A stretch of 64,000 bases of DNA, taken from the NCBI RefSeq assembly GCF_001194135.2, contig NC_068983.1:79383501-79447500 (forward strand), read 5' to 3'. The notes under the pieces are model-generated. The model searched no databases. It had not been told where the DNA came from and saw nothing but the letters and a program-made list of their open reading frames with translations. Origin of the DNA: Octopus bimaculoides (taxonomy: Eukaryota). This document shows, in pieces, positions 54,565-64,000 of this stretch (the first letter of the stretch is position 1; each line of letters begins with the position of its first letter). The translations under genes and the position numbers were made by a program.

Positions 54565-55700
54565 ATTTGTATATGTCGAAATTTCTAATTTCCATGCAGA
54601 GAGAAATGTGCATGGACATGTATTCAGATGCATGCGTGTGCACACGCACACACACACACACAAAGATTTTTAGTCATCCTTGAAAGAAACTTGAAATATT
54701 ATAAATAACATATGAAAAGATAATGGAATTTTTAAAGGATTTTCCCTTGTCTTCCAAGAACTGTTAATGCATTCAATTTTTACTTTCTGTATCGCTGGCT
54801 TTTATATATATATATATATAACTTTGGTTTAAATTTTCTCATCCTACTAATCCATGAAACATAATATTAAGGTATTTAATTCAAGATTGCATGCCAAGAA
54901 CAATTTACACTTGTAGGTATTTGCAAGATTTATCATACAATCATATTTTTCTGCAAACAAATGTTTTTGTTTAAGTAGTAAACAACACAAATAGATCTAC
55001 GTATGGTTTTGTCGTTTAAATTAATTTTACACTTACAACTTCTCTACCAATGCATCCATTTCAAGTTAAATTGATTCATTACATAAAAGCTCTTAAATTT
55101 GCTAGAACCTTGTTTGAAACACTTATTTCACCTATGAGAAAATACTTTTGACATACATTGTTGCTTTTGAAGTAAATAATAAATGAATAATAAACTTGTA
55201 AATGGTATATACTTTGTGATGGAAAAGAGACTGGACACCATAAAAAAATAACTGTTTATGGACACCATAATAAGATAATTGTTTATTGTTTCATCTATGC
55301 TTGCATAAGTTTGATAGGTCTCTAAGAGCACATTTCATCAGTTCTTTCAATATTGAATTGTTTAACAACTGTTGATGTGTAGTGATTGTGGCTTTGTGCC
55401 GTTGAAGGAAACTGGACAGTTATGTCCCTTTTCAAAATGTGTATTCATAGAAACTGTGCATGTCTCCTGTAAAATGTGTAAGGTTAGCATTTGTGTTGTG
55501 TGTGTGTGTGTGTAATGTTAAAAAGAATGGAACAAATATTATGGAACAGTGAAGAGTTGTATGAAACACGTTTGGGAATGTGCAGTCTTTTAACTGCACA
55601 CATATATAATACCAGAAACTTAGCCACCAGTATCCTAGAAAAAGAGTTTCAGAGAGACTTTGGAATAAATGTATATTGTCCTTTTATTAGATCATTTTAA

Positions 55701-55984
55701 CCCATAAACTGCTGGGATTTTGCTGTATGTAACACGAACTGCTGAGCCGATTTTGGGTAAAGTACTGCTTGACCAATCGACATCGATCTATCACTTGAAA
55801 AAATACTCAGTGTTTCTTAACACCTTCTGTGATTGGCTACACTGTTTCTGGGGTGAAAGGGTATCGTGTGCATACATTATACATCATCAAAATTAGGTCA
55901 GATCATGCCCTACTTCCGTGGCCATGCACGTGGCCTGTCGCACTTTTGCGTTGGCCACTGAGGTGGCCTATTGCAGTTTATGGG
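55701..55984. mobile_element. 284-bp piggyBac-like MITE
   Basis: TTAA|CCCATAAACTGC ... GCAGTTTATGGG|TTAA gives a perfect 12-bp TIR, CCC/GGG ends and a TTAA duplication. GTGGCC/GGCCAC occurs four times near the right end. Confidence 0.88.
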
Positions 55985-58900
55985 TTAAGTAAAGCAAAGT
56001 TGACCAGTGGAATTTTAATTCAGAATGTAGAGACAAAAGAAACACTGCTAAGCATTTTGTCTTGCATGCCAAGATAAAGGTCTTCTGATCAAGCAAATAG
56101 AACCCACAAACAGACAACTAAATAAGAACATTCTTATGTCAGACATAGTCAAAAGCTCTGCTGGTGTCAGAAACAGAAGTGATTGACATACAAAATCAAG
56201 ATGTTAGTATACATATCGTTTTACAGGAGCCATACCCATGATCACCGAGAAGAGAGTCATGGGAGGTAGATAGAAATTTAACGTAATAAAAGTTGGTCAT
56301 TTACAGTTTTCTCTGTCAAATTTGAGATGTTAGAAATGACAGTGCTCTAACAGCAGATGGCAGGGTGTGGAAAACCTGGCTGTAATTATGAATATGAGAG
56401 AGTATCCAGTATGTAGGAGGTATAGTTTGATTTACTGGTGGCCATTTTGTTCATATTGTCATAGCAGATAAATGTTGCTGGTCAAGCATGGTGTGTTAAT
56501 CCCTCTAGATTTTGTCATTATTTAACCCTATGTCATCCCTGATTCAGCAGACCTATCATCAAAGGCATTAAAGCATTGGCCATCTCATCTTTTATATATA
56601 TCTTGGATTACATTGTTTAATGTGTTCTCTCCTTAAATTTCAGATGGTAGTGTGCAGTTTGAGGAATATTTGGCTGCTAATTCTACAGATTGAGCGAATG
56701 CATGTTTTTGGCAGTTGGTTTGTCAGAGGCATACACAATAATGACCATCTAAAAGTAGGATTGGAGGTGGACAAGAGTGAAAGTGAGTTTACGGAGTTGA
56801 TATGTCAAAGATATGAGTATATTAAATAAACTGTAACACATTATAATCATTTTTTTTAACTACACAGTCACACACACATATGTGTGTGTGACTGCATGCA
56901 CGTGTGAGTGTGTGTGTATCCATGTGTGTCCCTTCAAAACGATAAATGATATTGTGTCCAATGAAAATAAAAATCTTTAATGCATTCCCTAACAGTACAA
57001 TCCCTACTTGTAGTTCTGATAGCAACTAAATCCTCTCCTAATACATCTTTCATGCCTTCTTTTATTCATGCTTAATGCAAACCTCTATTTTATCAATTAT
57101 CTAGCACTGCTTAATTTTCCAAATTCAAAACAAACAAAGCAGTTAATTTGAAGAAAAGTTTTTATCCCTCTCAGTATATTTTTCTTACATCTATATTATA
57201 CATTCTTTCTTTATATTTTTTTTTTATCTTAGGTTTAATACATGTACTGCTAAATATGGCCAATCTCTCCTGGCAATTTGGCATTTTTTTTTGGATATCA
57301 CCAATGATTTTTATCTTTAATTTATTTTTGTTTTCTATCTTAATATTTACACTCTCGAGTAAAAATTTTATATTGTTAATTTCTTTATTTGTTCATTTCT
57401 TTTTTTTATTAGTTTCTTGTATTTATTTATTTTGGCAAATTTGGAAACTGATTTAACTAGGTTCTGTATAACAGTAGGTCTGAGAAGGAAAAAGAAAATG
57501 CCTTATGTCAATTGTTTAGGAGATGTAATGTATAAAAACAAAGCATGCAATTGGCTTTGTTCCAATTAAGTATTGTCTTCTTTTCGGTTAATTTATGTCA
57601 GACAAAACAAGAAAATCAACACAAGATTTTTTTATCTTATTTAATTATATGCAAGTTGAAAGTTTTAATCTTATGATGTTTTGGTGAACAAGAAAGAAAC
57701 CAGGTTTAACAGCAATTTCTACTAAACAGTTTCTTGTGTGTCTGTTTTGCCATTGAGAAGATGTAAAACCAAAACTAAAAAAATTAAATGAAAGACAAAT
57801 ATGTTTTATTTTTTTGCCTTGCTGTAATTTTTATATTTCAAAATGACATAAATTCAAATGGTAGCTTTTGTAACAATAGGTTATTAAATTTAGTTTTTCA
57901 TTGGTTAATTTACATTTCTTTGAAATTTATTTTGTTATATTCAATGTCTCGAGGTAAGATTGAATTTAATCTGTAAAGATTATAAGAATTGTTTGCAAGA
58001 ACCAAAGAAATTGTATGAATTTTGTTTCTAAACAAAATCTCTTTAAAATATTGAGGTGAAACACCTTTTCACTGGTACCAACGAGTGATTGTAACCATCA
58101 TTAAAAACAGAATTATATTGTATAATATTTACTAATGATGTGTTTCAAAGCGAATTCAGTGATAGCTAATATTCTTTTCTAGTTATGGAAATAGTTTGAA
58201 ATTTTAGTGGAGGAGAATAGTCAATTACATCAACCCTAATGCTTAAATGGTGCTCATTTCATCAACTCCAACAGGGTGAAAGTTAACCTTGGTTGAATTT
58301 GAACTCAGAACATAAAGAAGGACAAAATACCACTAAGAATATTGTCCAGCATGTGAATGATTCTGCCAGGTCACGGCTTTCGGTTATAACTAATAGAGCT
58401 GAAAATTTTGAGGAAGGAGCTTGTTGATTACATCAACCCCAATGTTCAACTGGTACTTATTTCATTGTTCCTGGAAGGTGGAGAGGCAAAATAGACCTTG
58501 GCAACATTTGAACTCAGAATGTAGAGGCAGAGGAATTGGTTCTAAACATTTTAACCATGGGGCTAACAAATCTGCTAACTTGTCGCCTTACTGATAACTA
58601 ATAATAGTTTATAATGTATATTGGGCAGGATACCCTTGGATGAGAAAAGAAAAAGGGTAGACAGCTACTTACAGACTATCTTGCTGGTAAGATTAAAGCA
58701 TTTAATTTAATACTAGAAAAACAGGAGCTATTTTAGTGTGATTGATAGCATGCCTGTTTGGATTGCAGAGGATGTGTGGTTCAAGTTCTGCAGGCAACTT
58801 AACATCATCCCCATCTGATCCAAAAAGGTTTTGACTAAACTTATCATGAGATATTTACAGCTGAACTTGCTTCAAGACACATCGTAAATAAAGACTTATT

Positions 58901-59369
58901 TATATATTTCTCAATGTTTTATATTTGCATCCTATATGTGTTTAATATGATGAAAGAAAGCTGGGATACTGGTTTTAGTTTAAACTTGTATCACATCTTT
59001 CTGGGTTATAGAAGATGTGGTTTGAGTCCTGCATCAGCTTAACACCTATTTCCTTCAATGTATTATAAGCTATTACACAAGGCTGAATTCACTTTGGAAC
59101 ATATTATTAATAAAGTCTTATTTACATATTACTCTGTTTTCCTAAATTTGCATTCTATTGTATAGTGTTCTAATTATGTAAACAAAAATAAATGTTCAAA
59201 AAGACTTTCGTAATAAACATATGATCTACATTAATGATAGATTAATGTACAGTTGAAGTGAATAATATTACGTCAATTCTCAACTATTACTTTTCTTTCA
59301 TAGACAGCTTATTGTACTGTTTCTCTCTATAATAATTTTAATCATCATCTTAACAAGTTTGTTTCCCAA

Positions 59370-59710
59370 CCACTTGCATGGTCCAGTTCCCTTGAGAAGT
59401 GTTTTATATCATAACCTCCAGGCCTTAGGAGTAGATTTGGTAGATGAAAACTGAATAAAGTTCTGTGTGTGTGTGTTCATATCTCCTTGTCTTGACATTA
59501 TGTAGTAGTTGAAGAGTTTCACTGTTATACAAACAGCATCCTTAATTTCAAATTGGTGTGCGAATATGTCCAGCTATGATGAAATATTGTCTTGCTTGAA
59601 AATAGGTGAGGGTCAGTGACAGAAAAGGCAATCCAGCTGCAGGAAATCTTCAATGAATTCTGACTCATGCAAGCTTGGGAAAGTGGATGTAAAATGATAA
59701 TGATGGATGT
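59370..59710 (+). mobile_element. SINE of the main family, decayed
   Basis: gtttcccaaccac..ggtccagttccc...gatttggtagatgaaaactgaa...ggtcagtgacagaaaaggcaatccagctg...gatgtaaaatgataatgatg. Confidence 0.7.
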
Positions 59711-60189
59711 CTGTAACACTTTAGAAGTATCAGAAACTTAGGTAGAATTAATTCTTGACATCCTGTTGAAAATGAACTCAAAAGTCCAATCCTATAATGA
59801 TTTCATTACATAGCAAAAAATGAATGATAGTGGAAGGGATTAACACTATCTGCCTTACATAAGACTTACTAACTTCCTTCAAAATAGCTGTAAAAAAGGT
59901 TATGGTTTGTGTGATATACCTCTCAGGACTGACTGATCAAAGCACTCTCATGCACTATTGTCATTCAGAAAATTATGAGTTAAGCTAGATTCTGAGATTA
60001 AAACATCATTTGTTGTGTTTGCTTAATCCTAAACAAATTCTGATCAAACAAACCTAGAATTCAATTGATCTTATTGAAGTTACAACTTTTGCTACTTGTT
60101 TTTAGATAACTCATGAAGAATTATCTAAAACTAATTGTCAACTAATTGCTTAGATAATTACAGTTGATAGCTTTACAACTCACAGTACT

Positions 60190-60620
60190 AGGGACATGGT
60201 TGTGTGAAAAAGAAGTTTCCTTATCAACTAAACGATTTCAGCTTTGGTTCCAACTGTGTGGTACCTTGGGCAAGTGTCTTCTGTATACCCAGGTCAAATA
60301 GTCTTTTGAGTGGATTTTGTAGATGGAAGCTAAAAGAAACCTGTCAAACATATGTGTGTGTATGTGTGCCTGCATATGTGAGTTTGTGCAACCCTCTTTT
60401 GATATCACATGATAATTGTAAACAAGTGTCACTATCTCACAAGCTATGTCATTTATCTCCAATCTTCCATGAAAACAGTCATAGGAAAAATAGTCACGGG
60501 GAAATATTACTAAATTTGGAAACAAATAAAGTTTTTAACAAGAAAAGCATCATGGTGTAGAAAACCTTTCTTAATGACTTCCATCTGACTCATGCAAACA
60601 TGGAAACATTGATGTTAAAC
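60190..60620 (+). mobile_element. SINE of the main family, decayed
   Basis: catggttgtgtgaaaaagaagtttcc...ccttgggcaagtgtcttctgtata...gagtggattttgtagatggaagctaaaagaaacctg...catggaaacattgatgttaaac. Confidence 0.7.
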
Positions 60621-60773
60621 CTATGATGATGGTGACAGTGATAATGTGGCTCTGTCATAACTTACCATTCATTATGCAGAACACTTTTCAAAAAGTATTT
60701 TCTTCAGTTATTTTATTCATAATCATAATCAACATATCTACATTCCCCCACTATGTGTGTGTATGTATGTATG

Positions 60774-60804
<31 letters not shown>

Positions 60805-62764
60805 TAGTTAAAGAATAAAAAGACTGGGTTAACGACTCAATATATCACCCCCCCCCCTCAATGAACATATATAAGAAATACAGCATAATCCGTCAAACAT
60901 AAGGAATAAGAAGAAATAATGCAAGAAAAATTACACAAGAAGAATAAATAAATAAATAAAAATATAGCATATAGTATAAAATTTTTATACACGAATATAT
61001 TGTTTCAACCGATAACATGGAACTGAAAGAAATTGAGTTAAAGGTATAAAGCAATACACGTGAATATCATTTCATAGGAGTTAAAAAAGTTAAAATTAAT
61101 ACGAATAAAAATTAATACGGAAGGAGTAAAAATTTCAAATATATAATATAATATAATAAGATATAATATAAGTCGATATAGTAAAATAAAATGACATGAA
61201 GAAATGAGGTTCCATAAAGTAGTCTATCAGTTGAAAAAACAAGGACAGAAGTGATTTAACACCACTTAGAATTAAAGTTCAAAGTTCTTCAAAGCCCTCG
61301 GGCACATTTCACGCCTCAAAACCAGTAGACACCAAAAGGCAAGTTCGCACCAATCCGGCACACACAAGAGCGAACAACAGGCACCCAGCAGGTATCAGCA
61401 GGTAAAAGTTCAATTCCGCTCACCATGTCCAAAAAGGTTCACCACACATGAGTCAAAAACAATTACAGCACACACCAGGTATCCATCAGTAAAAACAATT
61501 TCACAAATTTCATACAATACCTATGGCCATTTTGGAGGTACACCACTGTATTTCAAAACACAATAGAGTGTAAATTGGTGCAACAATAGAGTGCAAACAG
61601 GCTGCAGTATCGAAACCTATCTACGAGGTTTCAATTCACCCTAACGTAAACTATTACACTTGCTATTATTTGTTACTTTTAAAGAAGATGGAGGAAAAGT
61701 TTTCCTCCACCTTCTTGAAACTGTATAGAGGTAAAAATAAATTTAAAAGTAATAAATAATAACAAATGTAATAGTTTACGTTAGGGTGAATTGAAACCTC
61801 GTAGATTGGTTTCGATACGGCAGTCTGTTTGGCTATTCTAAAATGGCAATTTTTTTTTTAATTATTTTGAATCCTCCAATTATTTACATAGGCTGGTCCA
61901 TTTTGGTTATATATATTTGCTCTTTATAGAAATCATTTTTTCCCCCCCTTGTGCATGTCGTGACTTTGTACTTGTGGTTACCCTGACGAGTGGGTCATCA
62001 CCAATTTACACTCTATTGTGTTTTGAAATACAGTGGTGTACCTCCGAAATGGCCATAGGTATTGTATGAAATTTGTGAAATTGTTTTTACTGATGGATAC
62101 CTGGTGTGTGCTGTAATTGTTTTTGACTCATGTGTGGTGAACCTTTTTGGACATGGTGAGCAGAATTGAACTTTTGCTTGTTGATACCTGCTGGGTGCCT
62201 GTTGTTCGCTCTTGTGTGTGCCGGATTGGTGCAAACTTGCCTTTTGGTGTCTACTGGTTTCGAGGTGTGAAATGTGCGTGAGGGCTTTCAAGTACTTTGA
62301 ACTTTAATTCTAAGTGGTGTTAAATCACATCTGTCCTTGTTTTTCAACCAATAGACTATTTTATAGTACCTCATTTCTTCCTGTCATTTTATTTTGCTAT
62401 ATCGACTTATATCATATTTTATTATATTATATTATTATATTATATATTTGAAATTTTTACTCCTTCTGTATTAATTTTTATTCGAATTAATTTTAACTTT
62501 TTTAACTCCTATGAAATGATATTCACATGTATTGCTTTATACCTTTACCTCAAATTTTTTCAGTTCCATATTATCAGTTGAAACAATATATTCGGGTATA
62601 AAAATTTTATACTATATGCTATATTTTTATTTATTTATTATTTCTTCTTGTGTTATTTCTTCTTATTCCTTATGTTTGATGGATTATGCTGTATTTCTTA
62701 TATATGTTCATTGAGGAGGTGTGATATATTGAGTCATTAACCCAGTCTTTTTATTCTTTAACTA
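60805..62764. mobile_element. 1.96-kb non-autonomous foldback DNA transposon with ~770-bp TIRs (superfamily uncertain; Academ-like ends)
   Basis: The left arm 60805-61580 and right arm 61999-62764 are near-identical reverse complements (tagttaaagaataaaagactgggttaa ... aatagagtgtaaattggtg). The flanks are ATAT|TAG...CTA|ATAT. No transposase ORF is present. Confidence 0.9.
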
Positions 62765-62864
62765 ATATTTTACTCTTGTATCAGTTATTCTGAGCACTTC
62801 TCCTTGCAGCCCTGTATAAAATCTATTGGTTTCCTAATAAGAAACCATTAATATTACATATATG

Positions 62865-62980
62865 TATACATACATACATACATACATACATACATACATA
62901 CATACATACATACATACATACATACATACATACATACATACATACATACATACATACATACATAGAGAGAGAGAGAGAGA
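62865..62980. repeat. (TACA)n then (GA)n compound microsatellite
   Basis: Direct inspection. Confidence 0.97.
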
Positions 62981-64000
62981 AATCACACTGTCTTGCCAAC
63001 TGATAAGAATTATTTGCTGAGGAGGTCTAATAACACTGAAACATATATATTTGCTTTCAGCTGTTGGTTTTTCAGATCACATCTACTCAAATTTGCATTG
63101 TCTATTTTGTCTAAAATATTCTCTTCCCCTCTGCATATTAGAATTATATCACTTGGTTGTTTTTAGATTTTAAGTACACTTAGAGGAAGTTTATGTCTAC
63201 TAATTTCTAAGATAATCTCAGTTATCAACAGGAAATTAGAATTCTCAACATAAAGGAAAAAAAATTATTAACGACTTGGATATGATAGAATATTCTTAGG
63301 AGACTAATAAATGCACAAATTTCAGTTTACAAACTATAAAAACACAACCTAATGTTTATTTTTGTCATTTAATTTAAATAGAAAATAGAGTAATTATGTA
63401 ATTTACCAAATTTTAATTTCTTATTAATCCATTCAGGTGTACACTGACTTAATTAATAAATTTTCAGTTTCTTAGCTAAATTGTATCAGTAGTCTAGTAG
63501 TTCAACTATATGTAACTATAACAATCTATGAACTAACAACACTTTATGTAATTACATTGCTGTGCTAAATGGAAAGGGAGACAAAACAGTGTTTACTAAT
63601 TACAGTAATACTTCACTTGACGATGGCTCACTTTACAAAGCCCCAGGTTTTTGACTTTTATGCTTCAGCTCACTTTTGTATGGTGAGCTGAAATTTTTCA
63701 AACACAAGATCCAAATTTTTAACAAAGTGCAAAAGTTTCTATTACATTAACAAATGCTTTTGCATGTTACTGAGAAATTTGTAGAGAGCAAAAAAGAAAA
63801 CAGCTTCTTCTAAGTAAACTCTAGAGTGGCTTTTTAAAAGGAAATCTACAAGTCTGTCTATGAGTGTTTGTGAATCAGTGATGGTGTGCACAAGTTTAGA
63901 GTGAGTGAAAGGGATTCAGGAAATAATTATAATAATATTTTTTTATTATAAATAATCTTGACATTCTTCTTACTTTACATAAAATATTATTTACATTCTA

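Noticed and set aside
56642-56690. Apparent EF-hand terminal exon (tttcag|AT GGT...: DGSVQFEEYLAANSTD*)
   Set aside because: The DNA is a copy of a dispersed repeat (gtgcagtttgaggaa.atttggctgcta.tt), also seen at ~10020, ~24830 and ~46765. The peptide resemblance is coincidental.
57148-57456. 102-aa F/L/I-rich ORF resembling a membrane protein
   Set aside because: It is a low-complexity T-rich tract. Such ORFs arise by chance because T-rich codons avoid stops.
61983-62004. CTGACGA followed by a GTG/CAC mini-stem, resembling a second hammerhead at the TIR junction
   Set aside because: It is followed by CAAT instead of GAAA, and no stem I or stem III partners were found.
62013-62291. 92-aa ORF within the right TIR of the foldback element
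   Set aside because: It has no transposase motif, and the left-arm counterpart lacks the start codon (aaagccctcggg is preceded by ttc instead of ttg).
1-64000. CRISPR arrays, operons, rRNA or genuine tRNA genes
   Set aside because: None were seen. The tRNA-like A/B boxes all belong to SINE heads and do not complete a cloverleaf.

Overview
This is AT-rich, repeat-dense eukaryotic DNA with four N-gaps. The SINE, LINE-tail and MITE families look like those of octopod cephalopods (Octopus-like); this is an inference from recognising the repeats, not from a database search. I recognise no intact host protein-coding gene. Nearly all listed ORFs are repeat-derived, microsatellite translations or chance ORFs, so the window is intergenic or lies within long introns. 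Supported content includes decayed CR1/L2-group and RTE LINE fragments, many tRNA-derived SINEs, a near-full-length dead mariner (about 34.8-36.07 kb), and TA- and TTAA-target MITEs. Three structures stand out: (i) a type I hammerhead ribozyme motif at 39526-39595 with an inverted partial copy of itself just upstream, as in Penelope-like elements or retrozymes; (ii) a 1.96-kb non-coding foldback element at 60805-62764 with ~770-bp TIRs, TAG...CTA ends and nested palindromes in its spacer; (iii) a ~420-bp-arm inverted duplication at 44.68-45.89 kb. All alignments and folds were done by eye.
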